Part shown: positions 17,512 to 26,858 of the stretch, piece after piece
How positions within the stretch are numbered: position 1 is the first letter of the stretch
How the letters are laid out: the number at the start of each line of letters is the position of its first letter
Source: a virus
Length of the DNA: 35,658 nucleotides
IMG/VR virus record: IMGVR_UViG_3300034072_001378
Location: 1 to 35,658 of that record
Strand: one strand, 5' to 3'
Translations under genes and position numbers: made by a program
Notes under the pieces: generated by a model
What the model saw: the letters and a program-made list of their open reading frames with translations, nothing else
Database searches by the model: none
Told to the model about the DNA's origin: nothing

Positions 17512-18249
17512 ATGGAAGAATTTATTGAATATTTAACTACTAATTTAAGTGGATTTAGAATCAATATCGGAAAATATAAAATAGATATGAAAGGTAATGA
17601 TATTATATTAACAACGTATACTCAAGATGAATTAAGAGATTATAAAGAAAGAGATATAAAAAGAGCGGAATATATATCTAAACATATTGGTAGAAATGTA
17701 GATTATATTGGAAGAGGTTCGTCAGGGTTCTGGAGTACACCAGTAATCTATAAAATATCTATAACAGAAACAGTTAATAATATTCCGTTGCGAAATTATA
17801 AAATATTAAGTAATGACCAAGTTGAACAAGGTGATTTCTATGAAGAAGAATATATTATTATAGAAATAATAAATCAATTGAGAAGCGGAAATGACATTAA
17901 ATATTTCACACTAAGAGATAAAATACTATATTACAATGAAACACCTGTGCTAATTGTAAATTGCCTAAAAGAAACAACATATTATACTTCGAGAAGTGGA
18001 GAAGAATTGGGTTATCCAGGATATGAATATAACTTTCACATCATCAATGAAGAATTATACAAAGGATATTTATATTCACCTGTTTCTATGATTCAGAAAA
18101 GTTTTAATGATACTTATAAAAATTTAGAATTAATATATGGTTCTGTTTCAAGTGAAAATTTTAATTGGATAGTAAAAAACACAAAAACAGGTGAAAAGAA
18201 ACATTTTAAATCTTGGTTTTATGAAAAAGATAATTATGATAAAAGATAA
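17512..18249 (+). CDS. Hypothetical protein
   Basis: 245-aa ORF, AGGT RBS. Confidence 0.85.
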   Translation: MEEFIEYLTTNLSGFRINIGKYKIDMKGNDIILTTYTQDELRDYKERDIKRAEYISKHIGRNVDYIGRGSSGFWSTPVIYKISITETVNNIPLRNYKILSNDQVEQGDFYEEEYIIIEIINQLRSGNDIKYFTLRDKILYYNETPVLIVNCLKETTYYTSRSGEELGYPGYEYNFHIINEELYKGYLYSPVSMIQKSFNDTYKNLELIYGSVSSENFNWIVKNTKTGEKKHFKSWFYEKDNYDKR

Positions 18250-18393
18250 ATTAGCTATTTTATTAATGCAGATTGGAGCAAAACTTTATTTTAATAATAT
18301 AAAATAGATTTTTATTCAATAAACAAAAAGTCTAAATTTTAAGCATATTTTAAAATAAAAATTGTTATAACATATAAAGTAAGGGGAGAGAAT

Positions 18394-19308
18394 ATGAGAA
18401 GAAATCAAAAAACAAAATTTTTTAATAACTTTTTTGTTTTTAATAAAAAAAGAGAAGTGAGTGATGAGTATATTGGTTCGGGGCAAAATATAAGTTCCGA
18501 TACAGGGACAGTTGTTTTTAAAAAAGAGGTTGTTTCTGAAACAGAGTTATATTCAATGTTTAATTCTTTAAAATATAATATAATAGAGAGATATAAACAT
18601 TTAAATAATACTACTTCTGTTTATTCTTCATTTTCTTCTTTAGTTGATGATTTTGAACAAATTTTTTTAAAATTACAAACAAATGATGTGATTTCTGATA
18701 AACACATAAACTATTCAAAATCTGAAAAAATTAAATCAATTCAAGAAAAAACAACAGCTTCTACACAAAAAACAAAATCTAAAGATGTAGGTGCTAAAGC
18801 TGGAAAATCTTGTAAATCATCTGAAGTTATTTTTGAAGTAAAACCAAATAATTTATCTGGTATAAATTTCATAGATAAAAATATTAAAGATTACCAGTTT
18901 GACTTTGTTAAAATTTCGGGTGAAAAAGAAAATGCAAGTTTAGTTTATAGGAAAGAATGGGAAGGGGAGTGTTTATCGTTAGAATACACTAACAATGAGT
19001 ATATATTAAAAAGTTTCTACAATATAGTAGAAATATCTAAAGATAAAGACAAATTATTAAGAAATTTTTATAAAAATTTAAAAACAATGAATACTTTTGA
19101 TAAAGTTGAAAATATTAGTGGAAGAACACAAACAGTAAAATGCTATGATAGGAGAGCTATCAAATTTAATGATATATATACTTGGTTTTCATTTTATGAA
19201 GGTTCTCCTATTTCAACTTGTTGTAGTTGTGGTGTGTCAAGTGAAACCTATGACTTTGACGGACATGATAATGAACTTTGTTGTTACTGTGGAAATGTAA
19301 AATACTAA
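18394..19308 (+). CDS. Hypothetical protein with C-terminal zinc ribbon (CCSCG...CCYCG)
   Basis: 304-aa ORF; AAGGGGAG RBS; variant promoter TGTTATAAC at about 18363-18371. Confidence 0.8.
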   Translation: MRRNQKTKFFNNFFVFNKKREVSDEYIGSGQNISSDTGTVVFKKEVVSETELYSMFNSLKYNIIERYKHLNNTTSVYSSFSSLVDDFEQIFLKLQTNDVISDKHINYSKSEKIKSIQEKTTASTQKTKSKDVGAKAGKSCKSSEVIFEVKPNNLSGINFIDKNIKDYQFDFVKISGEKENASLVYRKEWEGECLSLEYTNNEYILKSFYNIVEISKDKDKLLRNFYKNLKTMNTFDKVENISGRTQTVKCYDRRAIKFNDIYTWFSFYEGSPISTCCSCGVSSETYDFDGHDNELCCYCGNVKY

Positions 19309-19323
19309 AAAAAAAAAAAAAAA
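19307..19323. repeat. A17 homopolymer
   Basis: Run begins within the TAA stop of 18394..19308. Confidence 0.9.
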
Positions 19324-19341
19324 TAGAAAACAGAGGTTAAT

Positions 19342-20106
19342 ATGAAAATTAAACAACTAGGAAACGGTGGAGCATTTGATTATGATAAAACAAATAGTTC
19401 ATTTTTAATAGATATAGGAACCGAAGAAAAACGTTCTTTAATTCTTTTTGATTGTGGCTATAATGTTTTTTCTAAATTAAGAGAATTAGAAAAAGAAGAT
19501 AAAGATATTATTAAAGATATCGATTTAATTTGGATTTCTCATTTAGATGATGACCATATTGGTAGTTTAAAAACTTTAATTTATTATCGGTATTACATTC
19601 TTGGTAAAGAAACTATTATAATTAGAAACTCATTAGAATCAGAATTGAAAAATTTTTTATCTGATATGAATCAGACAATGAAATTTGGAAAATTTATTGA
19701 AACGAATATATTATATATTGTTGATAAATCATTTATTAATATTAAAAATAAAACTTTTGTTTTAAATCAAATAGAAACATTTCACCATTTAGATTGTTAT
19801 GGTTTATGTGTTAAAGAAATAAATAATGAAACAAATGAATATACTTCAATTTTATATATTTCTGGTGATACAAAGGTTTGTTCAGGCACAATAGAAGCAC
19901 TAAATGACATTGTTCAGAGTATTGGAACATTAAAAAATTATAAGATATATCACGATTATTCAAATTGGAATTCATATGAAAATAATGTTCATACTTGTGA
20001 ATATGATTTTAATAAGTACTATTTACAAAATGACACATTTAAAGATTTAGAAATAACAAAATATCATAATAATGCCGAATTTGATGAAAATTGGGTAGAA
20101 ATTTAA
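19342..20106 (+). CDS. Metallo-beta-lactamase-fold hydrolase, Apyc1-like (anti-Pycsar) / RNase Z superfamily
   Basis: LGNGGAF...NSSFL, LFDCG, ISHLDDDHIGSL..LIYYRYYILG, TFH, YISGDT, YHD, VHT and KYH, matching Apyc1 motif order. Confidence 0.75.
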   Translation: MKIKQLGNGGAFDYDKTNSSFLIDIGTEEKRSLILFDCGYNVFSKLRELEKEDKDIIKDIDLIWISHLDDDHIGSLKTLIYYRYYILGKETIIIRNSLESELKNFLSDMNQTMKFGKFIETNILYIVDKSFINIKNKTFVLNQIETFHHLDCYGLCVKEINNETNEYTSILYISGDTKVCSGTIEALNDIVQSIGTLKNYKIYHDYSNWNSYENNVHTCEYDFNKYYLQNDTFKDLEITKYHNNAEFDENWVEI

Positions 20107-20135
20107 TTTTGCTTTAATATTCTTTAGTATATAAT
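20104..20135 (+). promoter_or_regulatory. Early promoter repeat, copy 8
   Basis: TAATTTTGCTTTAATATTCTTTAGTATATAAT. Confidence 0.85.
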
Positions 20136-20155
20136 AATATAAAAAAGGAATAATT

Positions 20156-20584
20156 GTGAAAACAAAAATTAAATTAGATAAGTACAACACTGCACTATTA
20201 ATGTGTATTAAGGGACATAAAATAAAATTTAAAAATGAATATGATATAAATTATGAATTTAAAAATGATGAAAAAGTATTAAATTCTTGTAGATCATTAG
20301 CTTATACATATTTAGATGGTAGATTATTACCATTGGAAAGTTTTAGAATAGAATATATCAATAAAGCTTTACTTGATATTTTTGAAGTTGTGTGCCCTCA
20401 CAAATTTAAAGAATTAATTCATGAAATCGTATACATCAAAACTGCTTATAAAAATAGAAGCAATAAAGAAATTTTATTTTTGCAATTATATGGCTATTTA
20501 CAAGCTTTAACTATGTTTGATGAAAATGGTGAAGATATTTTTGAATTAGATTATGAATTATTAAAGGAAACAAATGCTAAGTAA
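20156..20584 (+). CDS. Hypothetical protein
   Basis: GTG start with AAAGGA RBS. Confidence 0.8.
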   Translation: MKTKIKLDKYNTALLMCIKGHKIKFKNEYDINYEFKNDEKVLNSCRSLAYTYLDGRLLPLESFRIEYINKALLDIFEVVCPHKFKELIHEIVYIKTAYKNRSNKEILFLQLYGYLQALTMFDENGEDIFELDYELLKETNAK

Positions 20585-20930
20585 TGGATTTTTATTACAT
20601 ATTGAAAGATTATCTAGAATTTTAAATTCAAAATTACCACAATATTCAAGAATATCTTGTGTTTTTAAAGAGTTTAACAACTTTGGTGTTAATCAAGTAG
20701 ATTTATACGCGAAATATGGTTTTTCAAATTATGAAATTTCGATTTGGATTGGAGATTCAGAATATTTTGAATATGATGATAGAGATAAAGTACCCTTTCA
20801 TTTTGATGTTAGAGTTGAATCAGAATCGGAAAGAGGTATATGTTGTGAATACGAATTTGAACACACTCAAAATTTTGAAGAAACAATTGATAAAGCAATA
20901 CAATGGATTGAAAATGAATTAAAGGATTAA
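20574..20930 (+). CDS. Hypothetical protein
   Basis: 118-aa ORF, AAAGGA RBS. Confidence 0.75.
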   Translation: MLSNGFLLHIERLSRILNSKLPQYSRISCVFKEFNNFGVNQVDLYAKYGFSNYEISIWIGDSEYFEYDDRDKVPFHFDVRVESESERGICCEYEFEHTQNFEETIDKAIQWIENELKD

Positions 20931-20931
20931 A

Positions 20932-21054
20932 ATGAAATCAATTAAAGAATTACTTAATATTGAAGATTCTGAAGATGCGCTAATACTAGTTTTACCAATT
21001 ATATTTTCTTTATGCGTTATTTTGGCAACAACAGTATTAATATTAACAAAATAA
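20932..21054 (+). CDS. 40-aa single-TM protein
   Basis: Not in the ORF track; AAGGA RBS; C-terminal hydrophobic helix. Confidence 0.6.
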   Translation: MKSIKELLNIEDSEDALILVLPIIFSLCVILATTVLILTK

Positions 21055-21063
21055 GGAATTAAA

Positions 21064-21471
21064 ATGAATGTGAAAGATATACTATGGTTAGATATTTTTA
21101 ATAGATTAAAATTGTTACCAAAAGAATTCGAAAGCGAATTAAAAGAAAAAATTAAAGCACTAGTTCAACTTGAAAGAAAAGATGTAAAAAATAAACAATT
21201 GGTATTAGTTACAGCGCGTAATGTGAGAGCTGGAGACTTAATATTCGATTTTCAGAAAAAGACGGTTCAAAAAATTCATTATGCTGAATATAGAAGAAAA
21301 TGCCAATTTGGTATTGATAAAGATAATAATGAAATGTTATTTTCATATTCTGAAGATGAACCTTGTGATTATTTTGATGAATTTGATGAAGTAATGATAT
21401 TATTGGATATAGCAGAAGTTGATTCTATTAATAATAGAGATTTACTAGAACTATATGATGAAGACTATTAA
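21064..21471 (+). CDS. Hypothetical protein
   Basis: 135-aa ORF, AAGGA RBS. Confidence 0.8.
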   Translation: MNVKDILWLDIFNRLKLLPKEFESELKEKIKALVQLERKDVKNKQLVLVTARNVRAGDLIFDFQKKTVQKIHYAEYRRKCQFGIDKDNNEMLFSYSEDEPCDYFDEFDEVMILLDIAEVDSINNRDLLELYDEDY

Positions 21472-21535
21472 TGCTAAGTAAAATAACTTTAAAAAAGATG
21501 TTGAATTACTAAAAATAAAGATTAAAAGGGTTAAA

Positions 21536-21874
21536 ATGAAATTGCTTATAATATTTAATAAAGATATAGAAATATCTCCTGAAAAAATATGTATTCATAC
21601 CGGGCATAGTTCGAGACATATTTCAGTTAAATTAACCAATAATCCGCTAAATTGGCAATTTTATAATTTGTGGAAGAGAAATGACTATAAAACAGTTCTT
21701 TTAAAAGACAAAATTACTGATTCTTTAAAAACAAAAATTAATAATCATATAAATTACGAAATTTATGATGCTGGTTTAGATGGTGTTTTTGAAAAAGGGA
21801 TAGTTCTTGGTTATGCTGTATTAGTTCCAAAAGATGACGAAACATTTAAAAGATTAAGAACTTTAAAATTTTAA
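21536..21874 (+). CDS. Peptidyl-tRNA hydrolase, PTH2 family
   Basis: KLLIIFNKDIEISPEKICIHTGHS...WKRNDYKTVLLK...IYDAG...FEKG...FKRLRTL follows the PTH2 pattern (K, H, DAG). Confidence 0.75.
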   Translation: MKLLIIFNKDIEISPEKICIHTGHSSRHISVKLTNNPLNWQFYNLWKRNDYKTVLLKDKITDSLKTKINNHINYEIYDAGLDGVFEKGIVLGYAVLVPKDDETFKRLRTLKF

Positions 21875-21903
21875 TTTAGCTTTAATATTCTTTTGTATAT
21901 AAT
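21872..21903 (+). promoter_or_regulatory. Early promoter repeat, copy 9
   Basis: TAATTTAGCTTTAATATTCTTTTGTATATAAT. Confidence 0.85.
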
Positions 21904-21931
21904 TATAATATATAAAATTAAAGGATATAAA

Positions 21932-22282
21932 ATGCAAAAACAAAAATATACAGCAGGTGACTGGGTTAAAGATAGAAGATATCCTAATCACGATTGGATT
22001 CAATTAGGTGAAGCAGTAGAAACAACAATGGGTGCTATTGTTTATGATATTGGTGGTGATAGATGTTTTTGGCAAAGTGATATTGGCGAAAAATGGGAGC
22101 CTAAAGTAAATGAATGGTGTTGGATGTTTTTTGTTGGATTTGTAAAAATTATAGAGTTATCAAAGGAGAATGATGAATTTTCTTATGTTACTGTTAATTC
22201 TAATGAAGTTAAAACAAGCGTATTAAGTTTTAAAACACTTCAACCATTTATTGGAAAATTACCAACTTTTATTGGAGAATAA
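21932..22282 (+). CDS. Hypothetical protein (start revised from 21893)
   Basis: AAAGGA RBS before ATG 21932. Confidence 0.8.
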   Translation: MQKQKYTAGDWVKDRRYPNHDWIQLGEAVETTMGAIVYDIGGDRCFWQSDIGEKWEPKVNEWCWMFFVGFVKIIELSKENDEFSYVTVNSNEVKTSVLSFKTLQPFIGKLPTFIGE

Positions 22283-22284
22283 TT

Positions 22285-22560
22285 ATGTATGATATTAATA
22301 AATTACTAAAAATAGAACCAAAAGATATTGATGAAATTATTAAAAATTGGTTCAAGTACAAAAATTATTTAATTTGGGAAGTAACTTATTATTATGATAG
22401 GTCTGCTGAAGATGCATTAGCTGAATTAAATATTTTAAAGAAATGTTTAGTACAAAATAAAGATAAAATTAAAAATCCAACAGATGACAATTATAAAGAT
22501 TTCAATATCTTTAATGAGATAGATATAGCAATTGAGTATTTAAAACAATTGAGTATTTAA
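22285..22560 (+). CDS. Hypothetical protein; C-terminus altered by a tandem duplication
   Basis: GGAG RBS; the stop lies in the second copy of a 17-bp repeat. Confidence 0.75.
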   Translation: MYDINKLLKIEPKDIDEIIKNWFKYKNYLIWEVTYYYDRSAEDALAELNILKKCLVQNKDKIKNPTDDNYKDFNIFNEIDIAIEYLKQLSI

Positions 22561-22566
22561 AACAAT
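22529..22566 (+). repeat. 17-bp tandem duplication (CAATTGAGTATTTAAAA x2 plus CAAT)
   Basis: Direct reading of the sequence. Confidence 0.95.
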
Positions 22567-23064
22567 ATGAGAAAACAAATGAAATACAAAGAAATACTAC
22601 AAAAATATAGAAATGAATTAGATGAAGAAAGTATTAAGCACTTGGAAAATTCATCAAATTTAAAATTAACATGGGAAGACTTAAAATTCTGGTATAATAA
22701 TTTGTATATTTTTGATTTATGGTATAATCTGAAAAATGGAATTAAAAATCTTTGGAAGTACAGAAATATTATTTGGAAAGATAGATGGTATGATTATTCT
22801 TATATTATAGAACTACTAAAATTCAAATTAAAAGATAATATCAAAAATTGGGATAATGCACATTATATTGGTTCAGATTTTACTAAAAAGAGAATGATGG
22901 TTCTATATAATAGATTAGAAGAATTTGATATGAATTTAGAAAATTTACAAGAGTTATATTATACTAAAAAGATTTCAAAATTGAAATATAGCGAATTAAA
23001 AAGAGAATTAATTATGAAAACCTGGTATTCTTTAGGTCGAAATATACAAAAATTTTGGGATTAA
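22567..23064 (+). CDS. Conserved phage protein (GIKNLWKYRNIIWKDRWYDY family); start may be 22579
   Basis: Motif common in large myoviruses. Confidence 0.8.
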   Translation: MRKQMKYKEILQKYRNELDEESIKHLENSSNLKLTWEDLKFWYNNLYIFDLWYNLKNGIKNLWKYRNIIWKDRWYDYSYIIELLKFKLKDNIKNWDNAHYIGSDFTKKRMMVLYNRLEEFDMNLENLQELYYTKKISKLKYSELKRELIMKTWYSLGRNIQKFWD

Positions 23065-23093
23065 TTAAACTTTAATATTAGTTTGTATATAAT
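23062..23093 (+). promoter_or_regulatory. Early promoter repeat, copy 10
   Basis: TAATTAAACTTTAATATTAGTTTGTATATAAT. Confidence 0.85.
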
Positions 23094-23120
23094 AAATTTA
23101 TATAAATTAAAGGATATTAA

Positions 23121-23303
23121 ATGATTCATAAAGCAAAGATTACAAAAATATTATCAGCACCATTAACTAAACACAAAATGTGGTTTATTGATGTAGAATG
23201 TGAATTTAATGGTAAAACATTTAAGAGAACTTTTGTTGAAAATACTAAACTTGAAGTGATTCAGAAAAGTAAGGTTGGTAATTTTTACTGTTTTGATTTT
23301 TAG
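23121..23303 (+). CDS. Hypothetical protein
   Basis: 60-aa ORF with RBS after the promoter. Confidence 0.75.
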   Translation: MIHKAKITKILSAPLTKHKMWFIDVECEFNGKTFKRTFVENTKLEVIQKSKVGNFYCFDF

Positions 23304-23322
23304 TTGTAAAAGGAAAAATAAA

Positions 23323-23496
23323 ATGGGAACTATTTTACGAAATAATTTAGTAAATCCATATTCACAACCAATAGTTAAACAATCATATTGTGATAAACAG
23401 TTTGTTGTAGTTAAAGAAATAAAAATTATCAAATATTCTTTAATTGCTGTTAAATATATTGATAGTTTTAAAATGAATAGGTTAAAGGAAAAATAA
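23323..23496 (+). CDS. Hypothetical protein (start revised from 23275)
   Basis: AAAGGA RBS before ATG 23323. Confidence 0.6.
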   Translation: MGTILRNNLVNPYSQPIVKQSYCDKQFVVVKEIKIIKYSLIAVKYIDSFKMNRLKEK

Positions 23497-23497
23497 A

Positions 23498-23863
23498 ATG
23501 GAAATTTTGCATAGAGCACAAAGTATTTATTCAGGTGAATATTTTGTAAGTACAGATATTAAATTTGAACAAGATTTAATGTATTTAAGAGTTAATGGTA
23601 AATGGAGAGAATGCGACAAATCAACGAGAGCAATTCATTTTGAAAATATGATTGATAGCCAAGGAAATAAAATATTTGCTGCCGTAAATAAAGATTTTAA
23701 AAATGGTGATAGATTAATAGAAAATGGAAGATATGAAGATGCTTTTAATGTTGTTTACGAACCATATTTTGATTCAAATAGCTTCAGCATAAAAGATTTA
23801 CCTTTAAGTTCTGATATGACATATAAATTAAATAGATATAAAATAATCGGAGTTCAAAAATGA
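23498..23863 (+). CDS. YopX-like phage protein
   Basis: EILHRAQ...DKSTR...IDSQGNKIF...GD...VVY...KIIG resembles the YopX pattern. Confidence 0.5.
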   Translation: MEILHRAQSIYSGEYFVSTDIKFEQDLMYLRVNGKWRECDKSTRAIHFENMIDSQGNKIFAAVNKDFKNGDRLIENGRYEDAFNVVYEPYFDSNSFSIKDLPLSSDMTYKLNRYKIIGVQK

Positions 23864-24102
23864 GTTTTCATTCAAGTATTGGAAAAACTATACAAGAATG
23901 TGAAAATATATTTAAAGTTGGCGTTCAAAAATTTCCAACAAAATATATTTTATCTCTTTATAGAAGAAGCAATGATCACATGATTTTATTTATGTATAAT
24001 GGATATAATACAAATAATGAATTTGAAAAATTGTCAAAATTTAATACAGAATTAAAGAAAATCTTGAATACAAGAGAACACATTAAAAGGAAAAATAAAT
24101 GA
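23860..24102 (+). CDS. Hypothetical protein
   Basis: 80-aa ORF, ATGA overlap. Confidence 0.7.
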   Translation: MSFHSSIGKTIQECENIFKVGVQKFPTKYILSLYRRSNDHMILFMYNGYNTNNEFEKLSKFNTELKKILNTREHIKRKNK

Positions 24103-24629
24103 ATTACTTTAGCAGTGATTTTCATCTTGGGCACAAAGTGATTACTAAGTACCGACCGCAATTTAAAACAATTAAAGAGCACGATAATGCTATTTTTGCG
24201 GAAGCAGAAAAATTAACAAAAAGAGATATTTTGTTTATCCTTGGGGATTTTTTATTTGATTGTGATAATTTTGAAAATTATTTAATTAGAATTTCAAAAT
24301 TAAAGTGCAGAATTAAATTGGTTATGGGTAATCATGATTCTTTAAAATTGTATACGCAACAGATTGCAAAAAATATTGAAATTCAATTACCTTTATTTTC
24401 GTACAAAAATTTTTGGGTTAGTCATTGCCCGGTACATCCCGATGAACTAAGAGGTAGAATTGCTAACATTCACGGACACCTGCACAACGCAACATTGGAT
24501 GACAATAGATATTATGATGTTGGTTTAGACAAAAATAATTTCAAATTTATTAACTGGGAAGAAATAAAGGAAGTCTTTAAAAATAGAGGGTTAGACATAA
24601 ATAAAAAGAATAATTTTTTAGAAATGTAA
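24099..24629 (+). CDS. Calcineurin-like metallophosphoesterase
   Basis: SDFHLGH, LGDF, GNHD, SHCP, HGHLH, DVGLD. Confidence 0.9.
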   Translation: MNYFSSDFHLGHKVITKYRPQFKTIKEHDNAIFAEAEKLTKRDILFILGDFLFDCDNFENYLIRISKLKCRIKLVMGNHDSLKLYTQQIAKNIEIQLPLFSYKNFWVSHCPVHPDELRGRIANIHGHLHNATLDDNRYYDVGLDKNNFKFINWEEIKEVFKNRGLDINKKNNFLEM

Positions 24630-24633
24630 ATTT

Positions 24634-24665
24634 TAATTTAACTTTAATATTATTTAGTATATAAT
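24634..24665 (+). promoter_or_regulatory. Early promoter repeat, copy 11
   Basis: TAATTTAACTTTAATATTATTTAGTATATAAT. Confidence 0.85.
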
Positions 24666-24693
24666 TAAATACACAAAACTAAAAGGATTTAAA

Positions 24694-25029
24694 ATGAAAC
24701 TTTTACTAATGCTAGTATTTACTATATCATTAAATGCAGCAACACAATACAAATCACCGGCATATGAAGTAAGTGCAGAACTATATTGTTCATCAATTGA
24801 TGGCACTAATATTATCACAAAACAAAAAGGTGATATACTTTTATCTGATTATGCTTCATATTATTGTTCATATAATAAAGATTCTATGAATGAGATTATG
24901 TCAAAAGTTTCCGATGAATATAAAAGTCCATTAGAAACATTATTAGTAGTTCTTGGAATTATTATATTAAGTATTGCTTTAACACCTGTATTATTACTGG
25001 GTATTATTACTTTATTTAGAAAGATTTAA
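24694..25029 (+). CDS. Exported protein with C-terminal membrane anchor
   Basis: Signal peptide MKLLLMLVFTISLNA; long hydrophobic C-terminus. Confidence 0.75.
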   Translation: MKLLLMLVFTISLNAATQYKSPAYEVSAELYCSSIDGTNIITKQKGDILLSDYASYYCSYNKDSMNEIMSKVSDEYKSPLETLLVVLGIIILSIALTPVLLLGIITLFRKI

Positions 25030-25031
25030 AA

Positions 25032-25256
25032 ATGAAAACTATTATGTTATACGATGGCCAAATGGCAAATAAAATAACTGAAACTGCAAAACAGATAATA
25101 AAAGAACAAGAAAAATTTATGATTGCTTTATGTAATCCCGGTGAAGAAATTTTAGAATTTGTTCATTCATATGATGTAAAATACCCTATTTTACAAGAAG
25201 TGTCACAACACAAACAAAAGGGTTGGTACCGAAAATTTGAGAAAAGAAAATGGTAA
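25032..25256 (+). CDS. Hypothetical protein
   Basis: 74-aa ORF in operon. Confidence 0.65.
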   Translation: MKTIMLYDGQMANKITETAKQIIKEQEKFMIALCNPGEEILEFVHSYDVKYPILQEVSQHKQKGWYRKFEKRKW

Positions 25257-26383
25257 AAGAACAAATACAAATAACAAAAGAAATTAAACACGATTTATTT
25301 CAATTGTTTGTACAAAATATAATATGTTTTGATTTTAGTAATTATTTAATTTACACAAATATCACCAAGAAGAACGTAAACAAAAATATTGGATTAAACT
25401 TAGATTATCGTAATAATTCAATAAAGTACTATTCAACAGAAAGATCAAAGTACCAAAACAAAGAGTTATCTAAAACATATGTTAAACAAATATTAGCAGT
25501 ACTATTTTTAGTTAATAAAGAAAGTACTTTAAAGATTTTAGATTTATATAATTTAAAAGAAAATGATCTTTCTAGATTAACTTCATTTGAAGAATATTTA
25601 GAAAAATCTGATTTTGCGCCATTTGTAGAAAAAGCAAAAACATTAAATCAATATAGAAAAATAAAAACAAAAGAAATTGTTAAAGAAACGCATAAAAGTA
25701 TCAAAAATAAAGATAAAATCAAATACGAAATACATAATAGGGTTAAAGAAAAAACTAAGCACATAAACTCAAAAGATAAAAGAACAAAAAGAGAAGAAAT
25801 ATTTAATTTCAGTTCTGGTTTTAATGCTATTGCCGATTTATTTGGAGTTCAAAAAGAGTTTACGGACAATATAGAAAGTGTTACAAATTTAGATTGTGCA
25901 TATTTTAAACCAAAGATTAAAAATCAGAAATCTTTAAAAAATGAAAAACAAAAAGAAATACACTCTTTGGTTCTTTGGGATATAGAGAATATAAATTTTT
26001 ATGATGATTTTTCTATTATAAGCAGATTTGTAAAAGATCAAAACCAAATAAAAATAGTTTCTTTTTCTAGTGGTTATAAGGATTGTCACTCAAATATTGA
26101 TTTTGAATTAAATAAATTAAAGAAAAGAAATTGGATTATTAAAGAAGTTAAAAATTCTGAAAATTCAGCAGACAAAGAATTATTAAATTCATATTTTAAA
26201 TATAATCAAAAGATTAAAGAACTAATAATTATTAGTTCTGATTCAGATTTTGAACCAATTTTGACTGATGCAAAATATAAAAATATAAATGTAACACTTA
26301 TATATAGAGAAATGAATCAAAAGAATAGATGGTTTTTAAAAGCAGATAAAATCATCGAATTAAATAAATTAAAAGGAGAATAA
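25250..26383 (+). CDS. NYN (PIN-like, LabA/DUF88) domain protein
   Basis: C-terminal VLWDIEN...NSADKEL...IIISSDSDF...VTLI; basic N-terminal region. Confidence 0.8.
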   Translation: MVKEQIQITKEIKHDLFQLFVQNIICFDFSNYLIYTNITKKNVNKNIGLNLDYRNNSIKYYSTERSKYQNKELSKTYVKQILAVLFLVNKESTLKILDLYNLKENDLSRLTSFEEYLEKSDFAPFVEKAKTLNQYRKIKTKEIVKETHKSIKNKDKIKYEIHNRVKEKTKHINSKDKRTKREEIFNFSSGFNAIADLFGVQKEFTDNIESVTNLDCAYFKPKIKNQKSLKNEKQKEIHSLVLWDIENINFYDDFSIISRFVKDQNQIKIVSFSSGYKDCHSNIDFELNKLKKRNWIIKEVKNSENSADKELLNSYFKYNQKIKELIIISSDSDFEPILTDAKYKNINVTLIYREMNQKNRWFLKADKIIELNKLKGE

Positions 26384-26593
26384 ATGCTATATTATGTAAT
26401 AACAAACAAAGAGGAAAATTTATTTTATAGCGCAGATTTAGATATTATTTCTAAAAAATATCCTGCACTATATATGTCAAAAATTGAGGCACAAGCAGCT
26501 TTAAATTTTATTGATTTAGAAATTAAAGAAGAACATAATCTAAAAGTTGTGCCTGCTAGATTAATTATACAAACTGGAACATCAAATGCCTAG
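26384..26593 (+). CDS. Hypothetical protein
   Basis: AAGGAG RBS. Confidence 0.75.
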   Translation: MLYYVITNKEENLFYSADLDIISKKYPALYMSKIEAQAALNFIDLEIKEEHNLKVVPARLIIQTGTSNA

Positions 26594-26858
26594 GAATAAT
26601 AAAAAATACTTATGGCAAATTCCAAATAATGAATATACTAGAGAATTTTTAAAGAAAGAAGGATATTTGCCTTCTTTCGAGAATATTTATATTGTTTCAC
26701 ATGAAGAATTTGTTTATAACTTTTATAAATTTCTCATTGTAGATGATAGAACAAAAACATATACATTAAGCACCTATAATGAAACAATTGAAATTTTTGA
26801 TATAGATGAAAATGAATTAATCAATATTACAAACAAAATAAAGGGTAAACATGAATGA
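26586..26858 (+). CDS. Hypothetical protein
   Basis: 90-aa coupled ORF. Confidence 0.7.
   Translation: MPRNNKKYLWQIPNNEYTREFLKKEGYLPSFENIYIVSHEEFVYNFYKFLIVDDRTKTYTLSTYNETIEIFDIDENELINITNKIKGKHE

Noticed and set aside
9272-20922. Nested + strand ORFs 9272..9493 and 20716..20922
   Set aside because: They lie entirely within better-supported genes in another frame and have no convincing RBS.
21455-21535. In-frame upstream extension of the PTH2 gene by readthrough
   Set aside because: It is blocked by TAA, ATG 21536 has its own AAGGG RBS, and the protein is complete from there.
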